Below, piece after piece: positions 54,644-64,000 of a stretch of 64,000 nucleotides of DNA. Every line of letters starts with the position of its first letter. The stretch's first letter is position 1. Position numbers and translations under genes: made by a program. The DNA lies in NCBI GenBank assembly GCA_045545665.1, contig JAZQBL010000001.1, positions 3,686 through 67,685 on the forward strand, read 5' to 3'. The DNA comes from Eubacteriales bacterium (GTDB taxonomy: Bacteria; Bacillota; Clostridia; Oscillospirales; CAG-272). Under the pieces are notes generated by a model, which worked only from the letters and a program-made list of their open reading frames with translations, had not been told where the DNA came from and did no database searches.

Positions 54644-57600
54644 ATGGCAAGAAAAATGAAGACCATGGACGGTAACAATGCCGCCGCCCATGTTTCCTAC
54701 GCCTTTACGGAAGTTGCTTGTATCTACCCGATCACACCTTCCTCTGTAATGGCTGAAGTTACTGACCAGTGGAGTGCCAAGGGCCAGAAGAACATTTTCG
54801 GACAGCAGGTAAAGGTTGTCGAAATGCAGAGTGAAGCAGGTGCGGCAGGTGCCGTTCACGGTTCACTTCAGGCAGGCGCTCTTACAACAACTTATACAGC
54901 ATCTCAGGGACTTCTTCTTATGATCCCGAATATGTATAAGATAGCAGGTGAGCTTCTCCCCTGCGTTATCCACGTTTCCGCACGTGCGGTCGCTTCTCAT
55001 GCACTTTCCATTTTCGGTGACCATTCCGACGTTATGGCGTGCAGACAGACAGGTTTTGCAATGCTCTGCGCTAACAACGTTCAGGAGGTTATGGATCTCG
55101 GTGCTGTAGCACACCTTTCAACGATCAAGTCACGTGTTCCTTTCCTTCACTTCTTCGATGGCTTCAGAACGAGCCACGAGATCCAGAAGGTAGAGCAGTG
55201 GGATTATGAAGATCTCAAGGAAATGGTAGATATGGACGCTGTTGCCGAATATAAGGCACGTTCACTCAATCCCGATCACCCTGTTCTCAGAGGTACAGCT
55301 CAGAACCCCGATATATTCTTCCAGGCAAGAGAAGCTTCCAACCCCTACTACGACAACACACCCGCTGTTGTAGAAGAATATATGAACAAGGTAAATGCTA
55401 AGATCGGTACAGATTACAAGCTCTTCAACTACTACGGCGCACCCGATGCGGAAAAAGTTATCGTTGCTATGGGTTCAGCTTGTGATACTATCGAAGAAAC
55501 GATAGACTACCTCACAGCAAAGGGCGAAAAAGTAGGTCTTATCAAAGTTCGTCTTTACAGACCTTTCTCTACAAAGCACTTTGTTGCAGCTATCCCCGCT
55601 ACTGCGAAGAAGATCGCAGTTATGGACAGAACAAAGGAACCCGGTGCTATCGGCGAACCTTTGTATCTTGACGTTTGCACAGCTCTTGAACAGGAAAACG
55701 TAAGCGTTGACGTTCTCGTTGGCGGCCGTTACGGTCTCGGTTCAAAGGATACAACACCTGCAAACATCATTTCCGTATACAGAAACCTTGACGCTGATGC
55801 TCCCAAGAATCACTTCACGATAAGCATCAACGATGACGTTACAGGTCTTTCACTTACAGATACAGAAAATCCCGATACAGTTCCCGAAGGCACGATCTGT
55901 TGCAAGTTCTGGGGTATCGGTGCTGACGGTACTGTCGGTGCAAACAAGAACTCCATCAAGATCATCGGTGACCACACAGATAAGAAGGTACAGGCTTACT
56001 TCGCTTACGACTCCAAGAAGAGCGGCGGCGTAACTATCTCCCACCTCCGTTTCGGAGATAAGGCTATAAAGAGCCCTTACTACGTTTCTATGGCTGACTT
56101 CGTTGCTTGCCATAACGTTGCATATCTTACGAAGTATGATATGACAAAAGACGTTAAGAACGGCGGTACGTTCCTCCTTAACACAGGATGGACAGCGGAA
56201 GAGCTCAACGAAAGACTTCCTGCAAACGTAAAGCGCGACCTTGCTAACAAGAACGTACAGTTCTACACGGTAGACGGCGTTAAGATCGCAAGAGAGCTCG
56301 GTCTCGGCAACCGTTTCAGCATGGTTCTTCAGGCCGCTTTCTTCAAGCTCGCTAACATTATTCCGATAGACGAAGCTGTAACTTATATGAAAGACGCTGT
56401 TGTTAAGTCCTTCTCCAAGAAGGGTGATGACATCGTTAAGATGAACCAGAGCGCTATCGACCTCGGTATCGCTAACCTCGTTAAGATCGACGTTCCCGCT
56501 GAATGGGCTGAAGCAGCTGATCCTGTTGACTGCTCATACAAGTTCGTTGATGAGAGCGATATGCTCACAAGATTTGAAAAACAGATCCTCACACCCGTAA
56601 ACGCTCAGAAGGGTGACGATCTTCCCGTTTCAACGTTCGTTAAAGAAGCTGACGGTACATTCCCCCAGGGTCTTGCAGCGTTTGAAAAGAGAGGTATTGC
56701 AGTTGACGTTCCCGAATGGAACCCCGAAAACTGTATCCAGTGTAACTTCTGTTCTTACGTTTGTCCTCATGCGGTTATCCGTCCTGTAGCTATCCCCGAA
56801 GGTGAAGACACAGGCGATCTCAAGACTGTTGCTATGACAGGACTTCCCGGATATAAATTCGCAATCGTTGCATCCGCGCTTGACTGTACGGGTTGCGGCT
56901 CTTGCGCTCAGGTATGTCCCGGTAAGAAGGGTGCAAAGGCTCTTACAATGAAGCCTCTTGATACTCAGGTTGCAAAACAGAAGTACTTTGATCTTGCATA
57001 CAAGTACACAGATGATGCTGACGTACTTGCTAAGTTCAAGCCCGAAACGGTTAAGGGTTCACAGTTCAAGCAGCCCTTGCTTGAGTTCTCCGGCGCTTGC
57101 CCCGGTTGCGGTGAAACACCTTACGCTAAGCTCGTAACACAGCTCTTCGGTGACAGAATGTTCATTGCAAACGCAACGGGATGTTCTTCTATTTGGGGCG
57201 GTTCCGCACCTTCCACACCTTACACGACAAACAAAGAAGGAAAGGGTCCGGCTTGGGCTAACTCCTTGTTTGAAGATAACGCTGAGTACGGTCTCGGTAT
57301 GGCAACGGCTACAAGACAGCGCAGAGCGCTTCTTGCAGAAATAGTTGAAAAACTTGCTGATTCCGATAACGCAGCACTTGCTGAAGCTTCCAAGGCATGG
57401 CTCGCAGCTAAAGACGACGGCACAGCTTCCAAATTCGCAGCAGCAGAACTCGAAGCAGCTCTTACGCCTTGCGCTGACAAGTGCGACCTTTGCAAGCAGG
57501 CTCTCGCTATGAAGGATCTCTTTGTTAAGAAGTCCATCTGGATATTCGGCGGCGACGGTTGGGCATACGATATCGGCTTCGGCGGTCTCGACCACGCTAT

Positions 57601-58171
57601 CGCATCCGGCGAAGATATCAACATCTTCGTATTCGATACGGAAGTTTACTCAAATACAGGCGGTCAGGCTTCCAAGTCTACACCTACAGGTTCCGTAGCT
57701 CAGTTTGCAGCTTCCGGTAAGCCCACAAAGAAGAAGGATCTTGCACAGATCGCTATGTCTTACGGTTACGTATACACAGCTCAGATCGCTATGGGTGCTG
57801 ACTACAACCAGTGCATCAAGGCAATTCTCGAAGCTGAAGCATACAAAGGACCTTCACTCGTTATTGCATACGCTCCTTGTATCAACCACGGTATAAAGAA
57901 GGGTCTTGCAACGAGCATGCAGGAAACAAAGAACGCAGTTCAGTCCGGTTACTGGCATACGTTCCGCTTCAACCCCGAAAAGGAACAGCCTTTCACACTC
58001 GATTCCAAGGAGCCCACGCTTTCCTACCGTGACTTCATCATGTCCGAGGTTCGTTACAACTCTTTGGTAAGAGCATTCCCTGAAAGAGCAGAAGAGCTCT
58101 TCGCAATAGCTGAAAAGCAGGCTAAGGAAAAATACAGAAAGCTTGTTAATATGGCTAAGCTTTACGAATAA
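54644..58171 (+). CDS. nifJ: Pyruvate:ferredoxin (flavodoxin) oxidoreductase
   Basis: 1175 aa. MDGN.A.A..AY...E...IYPITPSS start, two ferredoxin motifs (CIQCNFCSYVCPH, CTGCGSCAQVCP), and the TPP motif GGDGWAYDIGFGGLDH. Confidence 0.95.
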   Translation: MARKMKTMDGNNAAAHVSYAFTEVACIYPITPSSVMAEVTDQWSAKGQKNIFGQQVKVVEMQSEAGAAGAVHGSLQAGALTTTYTASQGLLLMIPNMYKIAGELLPCVIHVSARAVASHALSIFGDHSDVMACRQTGFAMLCANNVQEVMDLGAVAHLSTIKSRVPFLHFFDGFRTSHEIQKVEQWDYEDLKEMVDMDAVAEYKARSLNPDHPVLRGTAQNPDIFFQAREASNPYYDNTPAVVEEYMNKVNAKIGTDYKLFNYYGAPDAEKVIVAMGSACDTIEETIDYLTAKGEKVGLIKVRLYRPFSTKHFVAAIPATAKKIAVMDRTKEPGAIGEPLYLDVCTALEQENVSVDVLVGGRYGLGSKDTTPANIISVYRNLDADAPKNHFTISINDDVTGLSLTDTENPDTVPEGTICCKFWGIGADGTVGANKNSIKIIGDHTDKKVQAYFAYDSKKSGGVTISHLRFGDKAIKSPYYVSMADFVACHNVAYLTKYDMTKDVKNGGTFLLNTGWTAEELNERLPANVKRDLANKNVQFYTVDGVKIARELGLGNRFSMVLQAAFFKLANIIPIDEAVTYMKDAVVKSFSKKGDDIVKMNQSAIDLGIANLVKIDVPAEWAEAADPVDCSYKFVDESDMLTRFEKQILTPVNAQKGDDLPVSTFVKEADGTFPQGLAAFEKRGIAVDVPEWNPENCIQCNFCSYVCPHAVIRPVAIPEGEDTGDLKTVAMTGLPGYKFAIVASALDCTGCGSCAQVCPGKKGAKALTMKPLDTQVAKQKYFDLAYKYTDDADVLAKFKPETVKGSQFKQPLLEFSGACPGCGETPYAKLVTQLFGDRMFIANATGCSSIWGGSAPSTPYTTNKEGKGPAWANSLFEDNAEYGLGMATATRQRRALLAEIVEKLADSDNAALAEASKAWLAAKDDGTASKFAAAELEAALTPCADKCDLCKQALAMKDLFVKKSIWIFGGDGWAYDIGFGGLDHAIASGEDINIFVFDTEVYSNTGGQASKSTPTGSVAQFAASGKPTKKKDLAQIAMSYGYVYTAQIAMGADYNQCIKAILEAEAYKGPSLVIAYAPCINHGIKKGLATSMQETKNAVQSGYWHTFRFNPEKEQPFTLDSKEPTLSYRDFIMSEVRYNSLVRAFPERAEELFAIAEKQAKEKYRKLVNMAKLYE

Positions 58172-58196
58172 TCCCATTCGTTAAATACTAATAAGG

Positions 58197-58250
58197 GCGT
58201 GCGCCGTCCTTTGCGGCAATACCGTGCCGTACGGCGCACGCTCGCTTTTA
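58197..58250 (+). terminator. Terminator of the PFOR gene
   Basis: GCGTGCGCCGT ... ACGGCGCACGC, an 11-bp GC-rich stem with a 23-nt loop, followed by TCGCTTTTATT. Confidence 0.6.
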
Positions 58251-58261
58251 TTATAGTGATT

Positions 58262-59794
58262 ATGAAAAAAATACTTCGTTTTTTAACACACCGACTTGTA
58301 ATACTTTCTTTAATACTTGTATTACAGTTTTTTTTGCTCATACTTTTTCTTGTTGAGTTCAGAGAATATTACGTTCAATATCAGACTCTGTCGCTGATTG
58401 TTGCCGTACTGTGCGCTCTGCATATAATTAATGATGACAGTAATCCTGCTTATAAAATGGCGTGGATACTTCCGCTTATCATTTTCCCGATGCTCGGCGT
58501 GCTCGTGTATGTAATATTCGGAAAAGACAATCTTTCGAAACGACAGATAAGGAAGATGACTATTATAAACGAAAAACAAGAGGAGCTTTGTGCAAGCTCG
58601 TATAATCCCCATACCGTTATGGATGATGCTGTGGGTAAAAAACAGGCGGCGTATATGGAAATGTGTGCCCATAGTCCTCTTTATAAAAATACGTATGCCG
58701 AATATTTATCTTCGGGCGAAAGAAAACTCGATGTGCTTCTTAAAGAGCTTGAAAAAGCAGAGAAGTATATATTTATGGAATACTTTATAATACACGACGG
58801 TGATATGTGGCAACGCACGCTTGATATACTCAAGCGCAAAGCTGCGTCGGGCGTTGATGTACGAATCATATACGATGATTTCGGATGTGTAACGGGACTT
58901 CCGAAAAAATATCCCGAAGAACTCAAAAAATACAATATTAAATGCTGTATATTCAACAAACTCAAACCCGTGCTTTCTCCGAAACTTAACAATAGAGATC
59001 ACAGAAAAATATGCGTTATTGACGGTAAAGTTGCTTTTACCGGCGGTATCAATTTCGGAGATGAATATATAAACAAGAAAAAAAGATTCGGATATTGGAA
59101 AGATACCGCTGTCGTTATAAAAGGCGATGCGGCATTCAGCCTTGTGGTCATGTTTCTCGGTATGTGGAGATATATCACAGGAGAAAACGAACCGCTTGAG
59201 AAATTTTACTTTGAAAATACGGAAGATACACCACCTGACTCATATGACGGTTATATACAGCCTTACTGCGATAACCCGACAGACAGGGAACCGGTCGGTC
59301 AGAACGTGTATCTGAATATGATAAACTGTGCAAAAGAATATATCCTGATAACGACTCCGTATCTTATAATTGACAACGAGATACGTACAGCACTTTGCAA
59401 TGCCGCAAAGTCGGGTGTTAAGGTCGTTATCATAACACCCGGGATCCCTGACAAAAAGCTTGTTTTTCAAGTTACACGGTCGAACTATTTGGAATTGCTC
59501 CGTGCGGGTGTACGTATATTTGAGTTTGCACCGGGTTTTATACACGCAAAAATGTTCGACGTTGACGGTAAATACGCAACGGTCGGAACTGTAAATCTCG
59601 ATTACAGAAGCTTGTATCTGCATTTTGAATGCGGTCTTTGGATGGCAAATTGCAAGTGTATAAAGGATATTGAAGATGATATCGTGCAGACTATCGGCGT
59701 TTGTAAAGAGATACCGAAGGATTTTGTTTTAAGTAAATCTTGGGTGAAAAAGCTTTTTTATGCTGTCGCCCGTGCATTTGCACCCCTTATGTAA
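58262..59794 (+). CDS. cls: Cardiolipin synthase
   Basis: Two N-terminal TM helices and two HKD motifs (HRKICVIDGKVAFTGGINFGDEY, HAKMFDVDGKYATVGTVNLDYRS). Start placed at MKKILRF; the upstream extension runs through the terminator hairpin. Confidence 0.9.
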   Translation: MKKILRFLTHRLVILSLILVLQFFLLILFLVEFREYYVQYQTLSLIVAVLCALHIINDDSNPAYKMAWILPLIIFPMLGVLVYVIFGKDNLSKRQIRKMTIINEKQEELCASSYNPHTVMDDAVGKKQAAYMEMCAHSPLYKNTYAEYLSSGERKLDVLLKELEKAEKYIFMEYFIIHDGDMWQRTLDILKRKAASGVDVRIIYDDFGCVTGLPKKYPEELKKYNIKCCIFNKLKPVLSPKLNNRDHRKICVIDGKVAFTGGINFGDEYINKKKRFGYWKDTAVVIKGDAAFSLVVMFLGMWRYITGENEPLEKFYFENTEDTPPDSYDGYIQPYCDNPTDREPVGQNVYLNMINCAKEYILITTPYLIIDNEIRTALCNAAKSGVKVVIITPGIPDKKLVFQVTRSNYLELLRAGVRIFEFAPGFIHAKMFDVDGKYATVGTVNLDYRSLYLHFECGLWMANCKCIKDIEDDIVQTIGVCKEIPKDFVLSKSWVKKLFYAVARAFAPLM

Positions 59795-59797
59795 AGA

Positions 59798-59831
59798 GAA
59801 TGAATAAATATACATGCATATTTATTCATTC
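59798..59831 (+). terminator. AT-rich hairpin after cls (possible terminator)
   Basis: GAATGAATAAATA-8 nt-TATTTATTCATTC, a 13-bp stem with no clear T-tract. Confidence 0.35.
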
Positions 59832-59894
59832 GTCAAAATGCACAAAACGATGCTTTTGTGTAAATAAATTTGATTTTATAGAGATGATATACCT

Positions 59895-60791
59895 ATGAAA
59901 AATATTATCGAACCGCTTTTGAATATACCCGGACTTGAAATTTCAGAAAACACGTCGTGTAAAACCCTCACAACGTTCAAAGTCGGAGGATGTTGTACGG
60001 CTGTCTATCCGAAAACCAAAGATGCGTTTGCTGCTTGTATTCAAGCGCTTAAAGAAAACGGTATTAAATTTATTGTTATCGGCAACGGTTCCAATATTGT
60101 ATTTGATGACGACGGATACGACGGTGTAGTTGTTGTAACTACGGAACTTAAAGATATTGAAATATCAGAGAATAAAATTCATGCGCTTTGCGGCGCACCG
60201 CTTCATTCGCTTTGTACTGCGGCATGCGCAGCCTCTCTTTCGGGACTTCAATTTGCTTACGGCATACCGGGAACTGTCGGCGGTGCGGTGTTTATGAATG
60301 CAGGAGCTTACGACGGCGAGATCAAGGATTGCATTGTAAGTGTTGAATGCTTTGATCCCGAATTGATGAAATTTATAACGCTTTCAAAAGAAAAATGCGA
60401 TTTTTCTTACAGACATTCCGCTTTCGAGGATAACGGTCTGATCATAGTATCTGCGGATTTTGAATTGCAGAAAGGGAACAAAGAAGAGATCAAATGCCAA
60501 ATGAGTGAGATAATTCAAAAAAGACGTGATAAACAGCCATTGAATTATCCGAGTGCGGGATCAGCCTTCAAACGTTACCCGGGCAGATACACTGCCAAAA
60601 TGATAGATGAAGCGGGGCTTAAAGGGTACTCTGTCGGTGGTGCGCAGATATCTGAAAAGCACGCAGGCTTTATTATCAACAAAGGCGGGGCGACGTGTGA
60701 AGATATACTCAACCTCGTGAACACGGTAAAAAGCGTTATCAAGGATAGAGAAAAAATAGATATCGAATGTGAGATTCGATTTATCAAATAG
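59895..60791 (+). CDS. murB: UDP-N-acetylenolpyruvoylglucosamine reductase
   Basis: FAD-binding GNGSN, GIPGTVGGAV.MNAGAYG, YR.S and PSAGS.FK motifs. Confidence 0.9.
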   Translation: MKNIIEPLLNIPGLEISENTSCKTLTTFKVGGCCTAVYPKTKDAFAACIQALKENGIKFIVIGNGSNIVFDDDGYDGVVVVTTELKDIEISENKIHALCGAPLHSLCTAACAASLSGLQFAYGIPGTVGGAVFMNAGAYDGEIKDCIVSVECFDPELMKFITLSKEKCDFSYRHSAFEDNGLIIVSADFELQKGNKEEIKCQMSEIIQKRRDKQPLNYPSAGSAFKRYPGRYTAKMIDEAGLKGYSVGGAQISEKHAGFIINKGGATCEDILNLVNTVKSVIKDREKIDIECEIRFIK

Positions 60792-60798
60792 GTGAAAA

Positions 60799-61728
60799 AT
60801 GTCTTTTTCAAGTGAAACAAAAACCGCTTTGTGCGAAGCGGAGGTAACACAAAAATGCTGCAGACGTGCTCTGCTTTCGGGTATGCTTGCGTTTTCGAAC
60901 ATATTCCAATTCGATAAGCTTAAGCTGATAACGGAAAACGAGTCTGTCGCAAAGCTGTATTCGACCCTTTTGAAAGAACTTTACGAGATAGATACGAACG
61001 AATACATCACAGAAAAGCATTCCTCTGAAAACGAAGAAAAAATAACGTATAAAAGCTTTAAAATAACGGCTGTGGCTGCACGAAGACTCGCTCCTTTAAA
61101 GGAGCTTGTACCGACGGGCGCGGCATCGTATTACAGAATAAACGAACGTATATTTGAATGTGAAAACTGCAGGCGTATGTTTATAAGAGGCGCTTTTCTT
61201 GCCTCCGGCACAGTTTCAGATCCCAAAGCGTCATATCATCTTGAGCTGTCCACGCCGTATACAAACCTTACAAAAGACGTTTCAAAGGTTTTGTGCGATA
61301 TAAATCTGCCGCCTCGGACGACGATCAGAAAATCAAGTAACGTGATATATTACAAGGACAGCGAGCAGATACTCGATTTTTTGAATACCGTAGGTGCTGT
61401 CGGTGCCGCATTTGAGATGATGAACAATAAAATATTCAAGGAATACAGGAATAACGCAAACAGACGTGTGAATTTTGAAACGGCGAATATCGAAAAAACG
61501 GTAAACGCATGCAAAGAGATAAATGCACTTATAAGATATCTGATAGATACGTCAGCAATATCGGATCTTGATGCAGATCTTCAAAAAACCGCATATGCAC
61601 GTCTTGAAAATCCCGAATTAAGCCTTGCGGAGCTTGCACTGACTTTCGATCCGCCTATATCGAAATCGGGGCTTTCACACAGATTGAAACGTATAACCTC
61701 GTTTGCAAAAGAAAGGATGAACAGATAA
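60799..61728 (+). CDS. whiA: DNA-binding protein WhiA
   Basis: SFSSETK..L start, RGAFLASGTVSDP...YHLEL, and a C-terminal HTH (LSLAELA......SKSGLSHRL). Confidence 0.9.
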   Translation: MSFSSETKTALCEAEVTQKCCRRALLSGMLAFSNIFQFDKLKLITENESVAKLYSTLLKELYEIDTNEYITEKHSSENEEKITYKSFKITAVAARRLAPLKELVPTGAASYYRINERIFECENCRRMFIRGAFLASGTVSDPKASYHLELSTPYTNLTKDVSKVLCDINLPPRTTIRKSSNVIYYKDSEQILDFLNTVGAVGAAFEMMNNKIFKEYRNNANRRVNFETANIEKTVNACKEINALIRYLIDTSAISDLDADLQKTAYARLENPELSLAELALTFDPPISKSGLSHRLKRITSFAKERMNR

Positions 61729-64000
61729 TTGGGATTCGTACATCTTCACAATCACAGTGAATACAGCTTGCTTGACGGAGCTTGCAGAGTTTCCGAAATG
61801 GCGAAATACGCAAAATCTCTCGGACAAAAAGCAATAGCGATAACTGACCACGGAACGATGTACGGAGCTGTGGCGTTTTACAATGCCTGCAAAAAAGAAG
61901 GCATAAAGCCGATCATCGGATGTGAAGTATACGTTGCACCGCACTCACGTTTTGATAAAACGAGAGGAAATGACGGTGCGTATTATCATATGGTACTTCT
62001 TTGCAAAAATGAAACGGGATACAGAAATCTAATAAAGCTCGTATCCGCAGGATTTACGGAAGGCTTTTACGTAAGGCCGAGAATAGATACACAGCTTTTG
62101 CTTGAACATAAAGAAGGGCTTATTTGTCTTTCGGGATGTATTGCGGGGTATATTCCGTCAATGCTTTTGAAAGGCCTTCCGGACGTTGCACGTAAATATG
62201 CTCTTACCTTGAAAGAAGCTTTCGGGGAAGATTTTTATATCGAGCTTCAAAATCATAACACACAGGAAGAGGAAGAGGTATTTTATTCGCTTTGTGAGCT
62301 TGCACGTGAGATCTCCGTAGATACCATTGCCACAAACGATGCCCACTACGTAAGACGCAGAGATGCCGACACGCAGGCTGTTCTGATGTGCATACAGACA
62401 AACTCCGTTATAACAAACGGAAGACCTATCGGTTTTGATACGGATGAATTCTATATCAAATCCGAGGATGAGATGAAGAGAATATTTTTCAGGATCCCCG
62501 AGGCTCTCGAAAATACGTGTAAGATAGCGGATAAATGTAATTACGACTTTGATTTTTCAAACATATATCTTCCGACTTTTACGCCGCCGGACGGTATGTC
62601 TGCGGAAGAATATCTTAAAAAGCTCACCTATGACGGATATAACAAAAAATGCGCAGACGGTGAAATAATCCCTCTTGAAAATGAATACACCGACAGAATA
62701 GATTACGAGCTTTCAGTAATATCGCAAATGGGATTTTGCGAATATTTTCTGATAGTTTCGGATTACGTTTGCTATGCAAAAAGAAACGGTGTGTCGGTAG
62801 GTCCGGGAAGAGGATCGGGAGCAGGTTCACTTGTTGCGTATCTTATCGGAATAACGGATATCGACTCGATAAAATACGGCTTGATGTTTGAAAGATTTCT
62901 CAATCCCGAAAGAGTCAGTATGCCCGATATCGACGTTGACTTTGCCGATGACAGACGTCACCTTGTTATAGAATATCTTACGGAAAAATACGGACGCGAC
63001 CACGTTTGCCAGATCATCACATATAACACCCTTGCGGCGAAAGCGGCGGTGCGTGATTGCGGCAGAGCGCTCGGAATGTCGTATGCAGAGGTCGATTCGG
63101 TTGCAAGACTTATACCGCAAAGACTGAAAATAACGATAAAAGATGCACTTGAATCACCCGACGGCGAAGCACTTTTGAACGTGTATAATACAGACAGCAA
63201 AATACGCAATCTGCTTGATACGGCGATGAGCATCGAAGGTATGCCGAGAAATATATCGACACATGCCGCAGGAGTCGTTATAACGAGAGATACTGTGGAT
63301 TCCTACGTTCCTTTGGCAACAAACGGTGATACGGTGCTTACACAGTACGATATGGATGCTGTATCAAAGCTCGGACTCGTTAAATTTGATCTTTTGGGAA
63401 TAAAATACTTGACTATCATAGATAACACGATAGAGCAGATACAGAAGACAGATAAGGATTTTGATATATCGAAGGTGTCGATCGACTGTCAGGATGTCTA
63501 TCAAATGATAACGGCAGGTGACAGTGAGGGCGTTTTTCAGCTTGAAAGTGCGGGAATGCGTAAGCTTCTCACTCAGCTTAAGCCGACGTGTATCGAAGAT
63601 ATAATTGCCGCAATCGCTCTTTACAGACCGGGACCTATGGACTCCATACCGAAATATCTTAAAAACAGATCGGAACCTGAAAAAATATCCTACGTTTCGC
63701 CGCTTTTGAAAAATATTCTCGATCTTACCTACGGCGTTGTCGTTTATCAGGAACAGGTAATGGAAATATTCCGAACGGTAGCGGGATATACTTACGGTAA
63801 AGCCGATATAGTCCGAAGACTTATGTCGAAAAAGAAATCGGATGAAATGGAAGAACACAGGGAGATATTCATAAGCGGAGCGAAGGAAAGAGGTTTTACG
63901 GAAAAAGATGCCGACGAGCTCTTTGACAATCTTGCAGGATTTGCAAAATACGCTTTCAATAAATCCCACGCCGCTTCGTACGCTTTTTTGACATACAGAA
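61729..64000 (+). CDS. dnaE: DNA polymerase III alpha subunit DnaE (3' end lies outside the window)
   Basis: Absent from the ORF track because no stop is reached. The frame is open from the TTG at 61729, which abuts the whiA stop, to the window end. PHP domain FVHLHNHSEYSLLDG, then GRGSGAGSLVAY, PDIDVDF and FNKSHAASYA. Confidence 0.9.
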   Translation, partial: MGFVHLHNHSEYSLLDGACRVSEMAKYAKSLGQKAIAITDHGTMYGAVAFYNACKKEGIKPIIGCEVYVAPHSRFDKTRGNDGAYYHMVLLCKNETGYRNLIKLVSAGFTEGFYVRPRIDTQLLLEHKEGLICLSGCIAGYIPSMLLKGLPDVARKYALTLKEAFGEDFYIELQNHNTQEEEEVFYSLCELAREISVDTIATNDAHYVRRRDADTQAVLMCIQTNSVITNGRPIGFDTDEFYIKSEDEMKRIFFRIPEALENTCKIADKCNYDFDFSNIYLPTFTPPDGMSAEEYLKKLTYDGYNKKCADGEIIPLENEYTDRIDYELSVISQMGFCEYFLIVSDYVCYAKRNGVSVGPGRGSGAGSLVAYLIGITDIDSIKYGLMFERFLNPERVSMPDIDVDFADDRRHLVIEYLTEKYGRDHVCQIITYNTLAAKAAVRDCGRALGMSYAEVDSVARLIPQRLKITIKDALESPDGEALLNVYNTDSKIRNLLDTAMSIEGMPRNISTHAAGVVITRDTVDSYVPLATNGDTVLTQYDMDAVSKLGLVKFDLLGIKYLTIIDNTIEQIQKTDKDFDISKVSIDCQDVYQMITAGDSEGVFQLESAGMRKLLTQLKPTCIEDIIAAIALYRPGPMDSIPKYLKNRSEPEKISYVSPLLKNILDLTYGVVVYQEQVMEIFRTVAGYTYGKADIVRRLMSKKKSDEMEEHREIFISGAKERGFTEKDADELFDNLAGFAKYAFNKSHAASYAFLTYR

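Overview
This is about 64 kb of densely packed chromosome, moderately AT-rich by eye, from a Clostridia-class Firmicute. Inference only: it looks like a Ruminococcus/Oscillospiraceae-type organism, based on cohesin and dockerin modules, a SpoIID-like gene, RuvC, PFOR and ECF transporter genes. I can support about 55 protein genes, most of them housekeeping. They include an OmpR-type two-component pair, ruvCAB, ecfA1-ecfA2-ecfT-truA and a zinc-ribbon Clp ATPase. They also include hup, a parE/parC-like type IIA topoisomerase pair, dinB, a queG-like gene, addBA, PFOR (nifJ), cls, murB, whiA and the 5' part of dnaE. I saw no rRNA, tRNA, CRISPR array, transposase, integrase or recognisable defence genes. 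All function calls rest on motifs read by eye from the translations; no searches were run. The items most worth a second look are listed here. (1) A full-length P-type ATPase homolog in which every catalytic phosphorylation motif is replaced (29845-32535). (2) An adjacent cohesin/dockerin gene pair whose cohesin protein has a TM anchor and a polyacidic cytoplasmic tail (8110-10774), plus a distant dockerin-tagged glucosaminidase-like gene (34954-36915). (3) An orphan 117-aa gene bracketed by GC-rich elements that share one hairpin architecture (34026-34953). (4) A small accessory-looking stretch after rlmD, with direct repeats across the stop codon, a gene whose frame is open well upstream of its first ATG, and an orphan Avd-like four-helix-bundle gene (12179-13797). 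I cannot claim a clearly novel multi-gene system from sequence alone.
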